Both the position numbers and the translations under genes were made by a program. The notes beneath the pieces are model-generated. The model did no database searches. It was not told where the DNA came from and saw only the letters and a list, made by a program, of their open reading frames with translations. Source: an uncultured Bacteroidota bacterium (GTDB lineage: Bacteria > Bacteroidota > Ignavibacteria > UBA10030 > UBA6906). From it: DNA of 64,000 bases. The first letter of the stretch is position 1. Every line of letters starts with the position of its first letter. Location of the stretch: positions 192,030-256,029 of the forward strand of contig CAVQPT010000021.1 in the NCBI GenBank assembly GCA_963714855.1, read 5' to 3'. Below are positions 53,552 through 64,000 of the stretch, piece by piece.

Positions 53552-55710
53552 ATCATTCCGCTTCGTTTGCGGAGGAACCATTCCACCGCAAGAAGAAGAA
53601 CGATGGCCGCTACCAGCCAGGGCCAGTTGCGAAGCGTGATTTCTGAAGTTGACGTTGTCACGACCGGGGCAAACGAAGGGGAGTGCTCCAGGAGCGAATC
53701 AAGACGGCCGATGTCGGCAGGAAGAAGAAACTCCCCGCCGGTGCGCTCCGCGATCTGCCGTAATGTCGCCAGGTCCATCCTGGTGTTGAGAAACTCAATC
53801 GCAGTCCCTCCAACAGCGACTCTCCCGCTGTCAGCACCAAGTGTCTGCCCTCCGCGTCGTGCGGTCACCCTGTACCGATACGTTCCCTCGTCACCAACGC
53901 CCTGGATTTCAGCACTGTACCGGCCGCCCGGCCTGGGCGTGAGTACCGCCTCGCGTGTGTTGTCCGTCGCTCCCTGAAGAACAAGTTCTACTTCTGCATC
54001 ACTCACCGGCTGTTGACGGGCATCATACACCTGCGCCTCAAAGACGAGAGGTTCTCCCGCTGCGAAGAGTTCTTTCAACGGCCGGGCGATGACAGGTCCG
54101 GTTTCTTCCGGCGTCGTCAACCAGAGAAGTGCATTCCGCAGCAACTCAGTGAAGAATTGGCGTGTGAGTGGGGACCGCTGTGCCATCAGCCGCCAGCGCC
54201 AGATACTGTGGGCCGCAAGCGCAAGCACCCGCCGATCCTGGAGACTTCGGGCGACGAGCACGGGTGCAGGACCAGTAAGTCCCCTAACCTGCGCGGCGAC
54301 CAGCACACTGGCTTCAGGTCGCGGGCGGAAGACGCTCCGCGTTGCGAAGACCGGCGGCAGGACGGCCCAGGGGTCCGTCCCATCGGACCGAGCAGGCGTC
54401 ACGAGCGGCATGCTGTGCTCGGCCACAGTTGCTTCACAGGCAATCTCCTGTTCAGCGGACGACGGCGTTTCGACCGTGAACGGGAGAAAGGAAAGCCATG
54501 CACCGATCCGGCGCCAATCGGTTTCCCGTGTCACCTGAAAGAACAACGGTAACCGGCGTGATTGCAGGGCGCCGAGCAGACGTTCGTTCATTGCAGATGC
54601 TGTTGCGGCTGTCGGAAAGCCCGACACCACAAGGCAATCCGCAGAATCAAGATCCTGCAGGCGGAAGGTCCCCTCATAGAAGCCGCCCGAAGGATTCTGG
54701 GTGTATGATGTGACGGCGAACTGCGGCTGCTCGGCGAGGGTCTGCCGCATGAGTGCGAGATCATGCGACGGAGAACCCGCGAGCAGAAGGATGTGCAGTT
54801 TGCTTTTGCGCACGCGGACCGTAAACGTGCGACGGTTGTTCTTTGTTGTCAGCTCGCCTGCAACGGAGGAGACAGTGACCGTCAGCGACCGCAGACCGTC
54901 GGTGGATGGCGTGTAGGAGAGCGAGACACTGTACTCGCGCGTTCCTTCTTCAAAGGTCAGCGAAGCTCTGTCGAGAACCGTCCCACCATCCAGCAGGCTG
55001 ATGTCAACACGCTGCCCTTCAACTCCGGCTCCCTTGATCAGCACTTCGACAGGAACGGTCGTCCCGCTGTAGACAATGGCGTTCGATGCGATATGCGTAA
55101 TCACGACGTCGCGTTGTTCGGAGGAATCGCCGATGCCAACGGTGTACAGAGGGATGAGTACATTCTCCGCTGCATGCACGGGGTTCTGGCCCAGCGTGAA
55201 CACGCCGTCGGACAGGAGAAGAGCGGCGCCACGTGAGCCGGGCCCGAGAGAAGTCGCAAGGGCGGCGGCGATATCCGTTCCGTCTTCATCAAAGCGGAGA
55301 GAGTCCAGGTTCCCGTCCGTAACCGGCCGGACAGAGGTGCCGAAGCTCAATGTGCGGAGATCTGTGCGGGAGGCGAGAGTGCGAAGAGCCGGCGACTGCA
55401 GCAGAGTACGGACCTGCTGCGATCGGTCTCCCAGCCGGTCGACCACCGTCATGCTGCGGCTGTTATCAATGAGGAGCGTCAGTACAGGCGGTGTGGTTGT
55501 TGTGGAGATCAGATGGATGATCGGGTCGACGAGAGCGAGGACAAGCAGGACTAGGACGGATGCGCGCAGCACAAGCAGCAGACGCCGCCGCAGGGGCGCA
55601 ACAGGCGGGAGGGTCGAACGGTAGAACAACCAGGCGAGAACGATGGCGACGCCAATTGCCAGCAACACGAGTGCGGGTGAGGCGCCGAGACGAACCTCAA
55701 GCTGCGGCAT
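53548..55710 (-). CDS. BatA-like double-TM N-terminal domain + von Willebrand factor A domain protein
   Basis: Two N-terminal TM helices, then a vWA MIDAS motif (VLTLLIDNSRSMTV), and a C-terminal TM helix. Located immediately downstream of a MoxR ATPase. Confidence 0.7.
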   Translation of the reverse strand: MPQLEVRLGASPALVLLAIGVAIVLAWLFYRSTLPPVAPLRRRLLLVLRASVLVLLVLALVDPIIHLISTTTTPPVLTLLIDNSRSMTVVDRLGDRSQQVRTLLQSPALRTLASRTDLRTLSFGTSVRPVTDGNLDSLRFDEDGTDIAAALATSLGPGSRGAALLLSDGVFTLGQNPVHAAENVLIPLYTVGIGDSSEQRDVVITHIASNAIVYSGTTVPVEVLIKGAGVEGQRVDISLLDGGTVLDRASLTFEEGTREYSVSLSYTPSTDGLRSLTVTVSSVAGELTTKNNRRTFTVRVRKSKLHILLLAGSPSHDLALMRQTLAEQPQFAVTSYTQNPSGGFYEGTFRLQDLDSADCLVVSGFPTAATASAMNERLLGALQSRRLPLFFQVTRETDWRRIGAWLSFLPFTVETPSSAEQEIACEATVAEHSMPLVTPARSDGTDPWAVLPPVFATRSVFRPRPEASVLVAAQVRGLTGPAPVLVARSLQDRRVLALAAHSIWRWRLMAQRSPLTRQFFTELLRNALLWLTTPEETGPVIARPLKELFAAGEPLVFEAQVYDARQQPVSDAEVELVLQGATDNTREAVLTPRPGGRYSAEIQGVGDEGTYRYRVTARRGGQTLGADSGRVAVGGTAIEFLNTRMDLATLRQIAERTGGEFLLPADIGRLDSLLEHSPSFAPVVTTSTSEITLRNWPWLVAAIVLLLAVEWFLRKRSGMI

Positions 55711-55715
55711 GATAC

Positions 55716-56726
<1,011 letters not shown>

Positions 56727-56741
56727 GGAACTCCTCCGGCG

Positions 56742-58028
56742 TTAGGGATAGATCTTCCAGTAAATCCTGGAGCGCAAATCGTCGAGCCACACCTGATAAT
56801 CCTTCGAACGCTTATAGTTGAGGGCAAGCGTCTCAAGTTTGTGGTAATCTTTTTCGAGGTTCATCTCGTGTGCCGGGATGCGTTGCCGCATCAGGACGAT
56901 ATGATACCCGTACGAACTCCCCACCGGCAGGCGGGCAGGCATGCTGATTTTGCCGGGCGAGAGAGGCTCGACGGTGGGATACCAGGTCTTGTCCAGCTGC
57001 TCGAGTTCCAGCGTTCCCAGTGCGCCGCCGACCATATTGGTCTCCTTGTCTTCGGAGTACTTCTTCGCAAGCTCGGCGAAGTTGTTCTGGGCCAGGGCCA
57101 CCGTGCGGAGCGAATCGAGCAGTGCCACTGTTGCCGAATCGCTTGCCTCGGTGCGCTCGATACGCATGAGAATGTGGCGAGCGCGTACGGCGTCGCCCCT
57201 GCGCTCCATCAACTGAATGATATGCAGACCGATTTCCGTCTCAACGATTCCTGACGTTTGACCGTCGGCCAGACTGAACACGGCACTTTCGAATTCCTTC
57301 ACGAATTGTCCGCGCCGGACCAGCCCGAGACTCCCGCCCTGCGGTGCCGAGCCGGGATCTTCGGAGTGGCGCTTGGCCAGCTCGCCGAAGTCGATGCCGG
57401 CGGCGAGGCTATCGAGCAACAGCTGCATCTTCGCCCGTGCCGCCGCCTTCTCCGCCTCACTGAACCCCGGCTTGATGTAGATATGTGCCAGTTCGACCTC
57501 CTCGGGAACGCGGGGAAGGCTGTCGCGATACGTCGTGAAAAATTCTTCCACTTCAAACCGGCCAATCTGCGAAGACCCGAACCGTTGCTGCTGGAGGCGT
57601 TGTGCAAGCAAGTTCCGGCGCATCTCGTCGCGGTACTCCCGTTTGATCCTGTTCAGGGGCATGCCGTACAGTTCTTCGAGGCGCGCTTCCGAACCCACCT
57701 GCTGGATGCGCTGCTGGATGGAGGCATCGAGCTGTTGCTGCACCTCATCGTCCGATACCGTGATGCTGTCTTCAATAGCCTTGGCAACGATCAGTTTTTC
57801 ATTGATCATCGACTGCAGCACCTGATCGCGCAGGCCCGGGGACTTCGGGTCCATCCGGTTGTTCATCACAAAGAACTGGACCTGTGCGTTCAGTTCGGAT
57901 TCGAGGATCAGATCTTTCTCCACGACGGCAACGATCCGGTCGAGTACCTGCGAAATGGCCGGCATGGAGAGCAACGCAAGGACACAGGCCAGGACACACA
58001 ATCCACCACTCTTCACTGCACGCATCAT
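56742..58028 (-). CDS. SurA-like periplasmic chaperone / parvulin-type peptidyl-prolyl isomerase
   Basis: Signal peptide, SurA N-terminal chaperone-like region, and a PpiC parvulin domain (HILMRIERTEA...GGALGTLELEQL). Start moved to an internal Met. Confidence 0.8.
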   Translation of the reverse strand: MMRAVKSGGLCVLACVLALLSMPAISQVLDRIVAVVEKDLILESELNAQVQFFVMNNRMDPKSPGLRDQVLQSMINEKLIVAKAIEDSITVSDDEVQQQLDASIQQRIQQVGSEARLEELYGMPLNRIKREYRDEMRRNLLAQRLQQQRFGSSQIGRFEVEEFFTTYRDSLPRVPEEVELAHIYIKPGFSEAEKAAARAKMQLLLDSLAAGIDFGELAKRHSEDPGSAPQGGSLGLVRRGQFVKEFESAVFSLADGQTSGIVETEIGLHIIQLMERRGDAVRARHILMRIERTEASDSATVALLDSLRTVALAQNNFAELAKKYSEDKETNMVGGALGTLELEQLDKTWYPTVEPLSPGKISMPARLPVGSSYGYHIVLMRQRIPAHEMNLEKDYHKLETLALNYKRSKDYQVWLDDLRSRIYWKIYP

Positions 58029-58029
58029 C

Positions 58030-58890
58030 CTACTCCTTGGAAAGAGAATCTCCCGCATCGATTGCGGGTTCGCGGATATCGACGGAATGCCGTCCGCGCA
58101 GGGCGCCGAGAAATTCTTCATACCGCGAGCGGCGCAGGTCCATCAGCAAATGCGCCCGCACTTCAAGCCGGGCATAGTCCAGCGGCGGGACTTCTCCCGG
58201 GCGCAGGACCCGATGCACCTGGAGCACATAATAGCCGTCGTTGGTCTTCAGAGGAAACGAGACATCGTCCCGCGGCAGGCTGCGGGCAAGCCTCCAGAGT
58301 TCTTCTGGATACAGCATGGCCCGCGTCACGTATTCGTGTTCCACCATATGCACGACCTGCTGACGTAGAGCAGGATCGGCGAGCAACTCACGCTTTGCAC
58401 CGTCCCACGGCATACCGCGTAAAACACGCGAGCGGAACGCGTTGGCAGCTTCCCGGTTCTGGAAAATGATGTAGCTGACCTGGACCACGTCATCCCGCAG
58501 GGCAAAGGCGGTCCCGGATGAGTCGAAGAATGCCTTTACCGCCTCCTCCGTGATTGCGCTGCTGTCGACCGGACCGTAGACTTCTTCTTCGAGCAACGTT
58601 GCGACGGCGAGTCGTTTGCGTGCGGCTTCGAGCTGCGACTGAAACGGCTGCGTTTCGGTCAGGCCCCTTCGTTCTGCCTCCTGGTAGAGCATCTCCGTGA
58701 TGATCCACTCGTTCACATACTCGCGTGAACGGGCTGCGGTCTCTCCGAGCGAATCGCGAGAAACGGCAAGATCCCTCTCGGTCAGTACCGCATTATTCAC
58801 GCGTGCAACGTATGTGCCACGGTTGCCGGACCTGTCGCACCCTGCTGCCAGCATGGACACGAGCGCGAGGAGGGCGATGGCATACCGGCT
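58030..58890 (-). CDS. PpiC-type peptidyl-prolyl isomerase lipoprotein
   Basis: Lipobox LAAGC and a parvulin-like domain. The ORF-track start overlaps the upstream gene, so the real start is likely a GTG/TTG near 58890. Confidence 0.55.
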   Translation of the reverse strand, partial: SRYAIALLALVSMLAAGCDRSGNRGTYVARVNNAVLTERDLAVSRDSLGETAARSREYVNEWIITEMLYQEAERRGLTETQPFQSQLEAARKRLAVATLLEEEVYGPVDSSAITEEAVKAFFDSSGTAFALRDDVVQVSYIIFQNREAANAFRSRVLRGMPWDGAKRELLADPALRQQVVHMVEHEYVTRAMLYPEELWRLARSLPRDDVSFPLKTNDGYYVLQVHRVLRPGEVPPLDYARLEVRAHLLMDLRRSRYEEFLGALRGRHSVDIREPAIDAGDSLSKE

Positions 58891-61303
58891 ATTGCTGGGG
58901 CGGGGCAAAGGCCTTCCCGAGATTCTCCCTGTATTCCACAACCGGATGCTGCTGACGGATGCGGCTGAGCCATTCCGATTCGAGGCGTTTTGCTTCGTAG
59001 TCCTGGAATGCACTGCTCACTTCGGCACCGGCCTCTTCGAACGTCTTCAAGCGGGCAGATTCCCGGCCGTCGAGACGCACCAGCGAGAAGCTTACCTTCA
59101 TGAAGAATGGCGCAGAGACTGCCCCGGTGGAAAGGGAGTCTGCACGCCGCGCACGCTCATCAGTCTCCGGAGCCAGTAGGTGCTCCTCCAGTGGGCTGAT
59201 CACGAGTGGCTGGCGTCCGATCAGCTGGAGTTTTACCTGCTGTTGGAGCGCTGCGGTGTCTTTTTCGCGGGCTGCGCCGAACTTCTGTGCCTTCATTTCA
59301 GTGAGAATTCGTTCGGTGCCGATGCCCAGCTTTTCTGTGAGAAATCCCTTCATGGTGTCGAGCCGCTTCTGGGCGAGAGTTTCATTCTGTTTTCTGCGCA
59401 CACTGGTGTCGGGATACGCGGTGAGCAGTGCCCGCAGTACCGGGTCGCCCGTGAGCTGGTGTCCAATCGCCTTCAGCGTTTGTGTGGCCCCGCGGTCCAG
59501 CGCACTCTTTCCCGTTGCGAACCGAAGCGGAAACAGCGTCGGCATCTTCATGCGCACGGAATCTTCTCGTACGATCTGCTCGAACGTCAAGCCCGCATCG
59601 AGAGCGTTCCGGATGTTCTTTGCCTGGGTTTCGTTGGCGGCACGAATCTCTGTGAAACGCACCCTGTCAGGATAGGTGAACTTGTTCCTGTTCTGCTCGA
59701 AATAGTCGCGCAACACGGTGTCGTTGGTTGCGACGCGGTTCCATACCTGCTCTTGTTCCGCCTGATAGAGGAGAATTCCTTCGCGATACTCGCGCAGCAG
59801 AGCCGCAAACTCAGGGTCCTGCTTCTCCAGCAGATCGGCTTTTGCGCTGAACACAATCTGCTCGGCGATCTTGTCGAGCGTCGAGGAGAGGGTGATCCGG
59901 TGCAGGGATAGGTTCGACCATTCGAGATGGCTCCTGATGATCCCGATGACAGAGTCGACGCTGATCGGCCCGCTGTGCACGCGGAACATCGCGGCGCGGC
60001 GGAACGCGGTACCCAGCGTGTCGGTCCAGGCACTGTCGCGCGTGGTCTTTGTGGAATCGAAGGATGTCGTGAACTGTGTTGCAACAGAATCGATACGCAC
60101 GAAACCAACTTCTGTGCGCATGCCGGCGAGGAATTCGGCATACCGGGCCGGAAACCGCTGTTCCTGATACTTGTTCTGCAACTCCTGGCGCGCTTCGTCA
60201 AACGTCTTGGGCGGACGGGTCTCGGAACAGTTGATGATGTGGTAGCCGTAGGCAGTACGGATCACCGGCGACGTCTCGCCCACCTTCAGATGAAAGGCGG
60301 CTTCGTCAAATGGCTGCGGCCAACGCCCGCGCGAGAACCATCCGAGGTCGCCCCCCTGATTGGATGAACCGCCGTCTTCGGAATGGCGGCGGGCCAACTC
60401 GGCAAAATCCACACCCTGCTTCACACTGTCCACCAACGGCATGATCTTGGCAAGCGCGGCTGCGGTGTCGTCGGGCGACGGACTCATGCTCGGGAAACGG
60501 ATCATGATATGACTGCACCGTCGTTCGCCGGACGATGGTTTGCGTTCGGTGACTTTGATGATATGAAGGCCGAACCGGGTTTTGACTGGTGTGGACGTAA
60601 CCTCCCCGACCTTCAACGCATAGGCGGCATCCTCAAATTCGGGGACCATCCGTGCCACCGAGAAATAGTAAAGGTCTCCCCGATTCTGCTTTGCGCCCGG
60701 GTCCTGTGATTCATTGACAGCGATCTGGCCGAAGTCTTTGCCGGCCTTGAGCTCTGCGAGGATCTCTGCGGCACGTTTGTACACTGCTGCCGAATCTTCC
60801 GCGGTGGCGCCCTGCGTGAAGGTGAGCAGTATGTGACTTGCGCGGAGTTCTTCCCTGCTGCGATCGTACATCTGGCGGACCGCCGGCGTGACGAGCACCC
60901 TGTCAGTGAGGTAGGAAGCCGCAAGGCTTCCCTTGTACTGCTGGATCTCAGCCAGGAGATCAGATCGCTTGTCCATCCCCTTCTGGTACGCATCCGTAAG
61001 CTTCAGGCGATACTTGATCATCAGGTCGAGGAATTTCTGGCGCTCTTCCGGGGAAGCCTGTGCGCCTGCGTCGCGGCTTCCATTGCTCTTCACATACAAC
61101 TTCTCATAATCTCCAAGCGTGATGGGTGTCGATCCAATGCTGGCGACAAGAGTGTCCTGGGTCTTCGGCGCACAGCCGTTGAGAGACCAGGAAAGGATGA
61201 GAGCAGCGACGACCGGGAGAAGGTGGGCACTGTGCCACAGACGATTGCTCCGTTTCACCGTGATACTCCACGAATTGTTGCGGGGATGAGTTGCACCGGC
61301 CAT
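58889..61303 (-). CDS. large multi-domain parvulin-type PPIase (two PpiC domains, PpiD/SurA-like)
   Basis: Lipoprotein-like signal (LILSWSLNGC). Two PpiC domains (ASHILLTF...NRGDLYYF and CSHIMIRF...QGGDLGWF), then an OmpA-like C-terminal segment. Confidence 0.65.
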   Translation of the reverse strand: MAGATHPRNNSWSITVKRSNRLWHSAHLLPVVAALILSWSLNGCAPKTQDTLVASIGSTPITLGDYEKLYVKSNGSRDAGAQASPEERQKFLDLMIKYRLKLTDAYQKGMDKRSDLLAEIQQYKGSLAASYLTDRVLVTPAVRQMYDRSREELRASHILLTFTQGATAEDSAAVYKRAAEILAELKAGKDFGQIAVNESQDPGAKQNRGDLYYFSVARMVPEFEDAAYALKVGEVTSTPVKTRFGLHIIKVTERKPSSGERRCSHIMIRFPSMSPSPDDTAAALAKIMPLVDSVKQGVDFAELARRHSEDGGSSNQGGDLGWFSRGRWPQPFDEAAFHLKVGETSPVIRTAYGYHIINCSETRPPKTFDEARQELQNKYQEQRFPARYAEFLAGMRTEVGFVRIDSVATQFTTSFDSTKTTRDSAWTDTLGTAFRRAAMFRVHSGPISVDSVIGIIRSHLEWSNLSLHRITLSSTLDKIAEQIVFSAKADLLEKQDPEFAALLREYREGILLYQAEQEQVWNRVATNDTVLRDYFEQNRNKFTYPDRVRFTEIRAANETQAKNIRNALDAGLTFEQIVREDSVRMKMPTLFPLRFATGKSALDRGATQTLKAIGHQLTGDPVLRALLTAYPDTSVRRKQNETLAQKRLDTMKGFLTEKLGIGTERILTEMKAQKFGAAREKDTAALQQQVKLQLIGRQPLVISPLEEHLLAPETDERARRADSLSTGAVSAPFFMKVSFSLVRLDGRESARLKTFEEAGAEVSSAFQDYEAKRLESEWLSRIRQQHPVVEYRENLGKAFAPPQQ

Positions 61304-61383
61304 CGTATGCTTCGATGGCAGGATTGACCTTAGACCACTATTCTACACAAAAGGGGGATGAAGGTCAAGAAAACCGGGGCCGG

Positions 61384-62616
61384 TTACCGCCGCCCCGTCC
61401 GGCGGAGCGCCTTCCGGAAATCCTCGAAGATGTCCTCCGGATCCTCTAAACCGACCGAAATACGAACCATCCCGGGGGTTACACCGTGTCGCTTGAGTTC
61501 ACGGGAGCTCATATTGACGTGTGACGAGTAGACAGGAATGCTGACCAGGGTTTCGGCGCCGCCGAGAGACATGGCATTGACGGCGACCCGGAGGGCGTCG
61601 CACAGACGGACCGCTGCCCGGAGACCTCCGCGCACTTCGATCGTCACCATCCCTCCGTACCCGTCTCCTCCCGCCTCGACCATCTGGCGGCGTGCAACGA
61701 TGTGCTGGGGATGTGAAGGCAGGCCGGGGTACAGGACGCGGGCGACCTGCGGCTGATGCTCGAGAAAGGACGCAAGCGCCATCGCCGTGGCATTCTGCCG
61801 CCTCACCCTGAGGTCGAAGGTCTTCAGGCTGCGGAGCAACAGGTACGCCGCGAACGGGTCGGCACAGCCGCCGTAGTACTTCATCTGCGTGTGTGCATCC
61901 TTCACACGATCAGCCGGACCCGCCACAACGCCGGCGATGATGTCGGAATGTCCGCCGAGATACTTCGTTGCGCTTTCGACCACGATATCGACGCCCCATG
62001 CGAATGGCTGCTGATTGATGCACGTGGCGAACGTATTGTCGGCCATGATAGTGACTTTCTTTCCCGTACGCCGCTGTGCCGCACGCACGCCGCGCACGAC
62101 GGCTCCGATGTCGACAACGCCGAGCGTTGGATTCGTGGGGGTTTCAAGGTAGACCAGCTTCGTCGACGGAGTGATGAGAGAGGCCAGGGACGCAATGCGG
62201 TCCGGGTTCATGTACCGGACCGTGATTCCATGGCGGGGAAGGATGTCCCGGAAAAACCGGTACGTTCCGCCGTACAGCGCCGGCGTACTCAGGATCGCAT
62301 CGCCGGTCTTGACGACGGCAAGCACCGCCGACGAAATTGCCGCCATCCCGGACGCAAGCAGCAGTGCCTTCGGCGCACCGAGCATCAATGCAAGGTGCTC
62401 TTCCGCCCGGCGGACGGTGGGATTGTGATAGCGGGTATAGACGTAGACCTCGGGATCGCCGGAGGCGTACCGCATTGCATCATCCGAATTCGCAAACCGG
62501 TAGGTGGAAGTCTGCACGATCGGTGGTGCGACCGGCCCGCGGAATGCGCGGAGCTGATCGCCATGAATGGCACGCGTTGCAAGCCCGGTGCGCTGTGACT
62601 GTGGGCGGGAAGCCAT
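61384..62616 (-). CDS. Cys/Met-metabolism PLP-dependent enzyme (cystathionine gamma-synthase / methionine gamma-lyase family)
   Basis: N-terminus GLATRAIHGDQ..., the PLP-lysine region SATKYLGGHSDIIAGVV, and an overall length of ~410 aa. Confidence 0.8.
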   Translation of the reverse strand: MASRPQSQRTGLATRAIHGDQLRAFRGPVAPPIVQTSTYRFANSDDAMRYASGDPEVYVYTRYHNPTVRRAEEHLALMLGAPKALLLASGMAAISSAVLAVVKTGDAILSTPALYGGTYRFFRDILPRHGITVRYMNPDRIASLASLITPSTKLVYLETPTNPTLGVVDIGAVVRGVRAAQRRTGKKVTIMADNTFATCINQQPFAWGVDIVVESATKYLGGHSDIIAGVVAGPADRVKDAHTQMKYYGGCADPFAAYLLLRSLKTFDLRVRRQNATAMALASFLEHQPQVARVLYPGLPSHPQHIVARRQMVEAGGDGYGGMVTIEVRGGLRAAVRLCDALRVAVNAMSLGGAETLVSIPVYSSHVNMSSRELKRHGVTPGMVRISVGLEDPEDIFEDFRKALRRTGRR

Positions 62617-62620
62617 GGTA

Positions 62621-63972
62621 TTATTCCTCATTGTGCGATAGAGAGTGCTTCTGTTGCGGAGGAAGGCCGGGAGCCACAAGTAACACATCTTCCCGCGTGA
62701 TGACCACGGTGCCCGGAGGTGCACCGCGGGGTTTGTGGACGTATTTGCGGCGGGTGACGGCCACAGGGACCATACGGGCTGTGCGCATTTTGCTGTAATA
62801 CGCCGCAATCGCTGCCGCCTCGAGCCGCGCCCGTTTTCCCGGTTCACCGCGGGCCGACGATACCTTCAGTACAACGTGCGATCCGGGACGCGACCCGCGC
62901 GTGAAACCAGAAATCGTCCGGTCGAGCATGATGCAGCGTCAGATGCGTCGTTGTCCCTGCTGCTCTTGCCCGCCCATACTTCAAATCCGCCGTGCACGGT
63001 GAAGACGCGGAATGGAACACGTTCACCCTCATCGTCCTTTCCCGTCGCACCGATGGCCTCGAGTTCATCCCGCCGTTCTTTCATAAAAGCCTTGAGATCG
63101 TGACGTGTGGCAAGTTTTTCCAGATCGGCAAGCAGCGCCTGTGCCCGTTCCGCCACGGAGGCGTAGATCAGCAGCCGGTCAGCTGCAAGCGCATGCGATC
63201 GCTGCGAGCTCTTTGCTTTTTCGAACCAGCGTTGGGCGTTTCCGACTGCGTTCAACGAAGGTACCAGAGGGATTGTCACGGTCGTACCGTCAGCGTCAAC
63301 GGTCCACGATTCCTCTCCGCGGGGGATATCCAGCAGGTGCTGCATGAGGAGCGAACCGTACTGTTGATACCGCGCAGCTCTGTCTTCCTGTCCGGCATCC
63401 TCCCGGATTGCGGCCATTGTCCGCATGGCCCGGTCCCTGCGACGGCGCACTGCATCCCTCAGGCGGTGCGTCTCCGCATCAACCTGTTCCGTCGATTTGC
63501 GTCGGACATAAAACTCCTTCAGCGCCTCATGAATATCCGGGATGAGCCGCTCCTGGCACCCCTGAACATGCGTCAGACTGATGAGTGAAAAGTGTTTCAG
63601 GGGGCCTGAAGCCGCTCCTTCTTCCGTCCCCGCAAACACGAGCCGCGGTTGCGGCGACACAAGCTCACGGTCGATCTCCGTCCAGGTGGTCCGGAGGCGG
63701 TCCATCTCGGCAACAGTGCACGCTCCAGCGCGGTGAGCAGGAGGGATGCCCGCACGTGAAATCATCTCCCGGATGACCACCGGTGGCAGCAGAGGTGCAA
63801 TGCGCTTGACGGCCGTCTGCAGGGGCTGATCCCCGGCTGAGGCAATCAGACGGACCGCTTCCTCGATATCCGGCATGGCAACAGCAGGGGGGAGATCGAT
63901 ACGCGTACCGACGACATCCCGCGGACGCTTGAATGCATCGAGAACGGTGGACGATGTGTCGAGCAGATACAC
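62621..63972 (-). CDS. NFACT/FbpA-family (RqcH-like, DUF814) protein, with one frameshift
   Basis: ORF 62866..63972 carries an NFACT-type region ending in PFRVFTVHGGFEVWAGKSSRDND. The overlapping ORF 62621..62929 continues the DUF814 core (RGSRPGSHVVLK...AAAIAAYYSK). The N-terminus is probably incomplete or shifted. Confidence 0.6.
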
Positions 63973-64000
63973 ATTGGCAAGCGACCCGTAGAACTGGGCA

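Noticed and set aside
57258-58469. 403-aa plus-strand ORF
   Set aside because: It is antisense to the SurA-like and PpiC genes, so it is spurious.

Overview
This is a high-GC (roughly 60-65%) bacterial chromosomal segment that spans the replication origin region and a complete division/cell-wall (dcw) cluster. Almost every gene is a core housekeeping gene, and most lie on the minus strand.

Gene content, in order:
- (i) A T9SS-type FadL/PorV-PorQ-like outer-membrane beta-barrel.
- (ii) An operon-like cluster of three paralogous small secreted cysteine-rich peptides, an NHL beta-propeller and a DoxX/MauE-like membrane protein. This is the best candidate for an undescribed system.
- (iii) dnaX, lon, an ECF sigma/anti-sigma pair, an M14 peptidase, a DUF4159-like protein and a giant DUF4175-like coiled-coil protein.
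- (iv) The dcw cluster: mraZ-rsmH-ftsL-ftsI-murE-murF-mraY-murD-ftsW-murG-(hypothetical)-murC-ftsQ-ftsA-ftsZ.
- (v) mfd, murQ, rsmG, mnmG, mnmE, yidC, yidD, rnpA, rpmH.
- (vi) dnaA, a probable oriC between dnaA and dnaN, dnaN, recF, a DUF721/DciA-like gene, then gyrB and gyrA.
- (vii) A vWA/BatA-like protein, a MoxR ATPase, three parvulin-type PPIase/SurA paralogs, a Cys/Met-metabolism PLP enzyme and a partial RqcH/FbpA-like gene.

Notable observations:
- gyrB-gyrA carries roughly 18 frameshifts in 4.8 kb, whereas the flanking genes are essentially intact.
- dnaX has an A10 slippery run at the tau/gamma boundary.
- A 16-bp perfect palindrome, TGTTTCACGTGAAACA, sits on the start codons of both mnmG and rsmG.
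- MraZ-type GTGGG direct repeats lie upstream of mraZ.
- TTATGCACA DnaA boxes and an AT-rich unwinding element flank dnaA.
- GyrA has a lysine-rich KPAGK-repeat tail.

No CRISPR array, IS element, prophage, tRNA or rRNA was found. The lineage is probably in the FCB superphylum (Bacteroidota/Rhodothermota/Ignavibacteriota-like), but this is only an inference from the gene content.

The ORF track extends starts to TTG/GTG codons. Several feature starts were moved to internal ATGs that have a Shine-Dalgarno-like sequence upstream.
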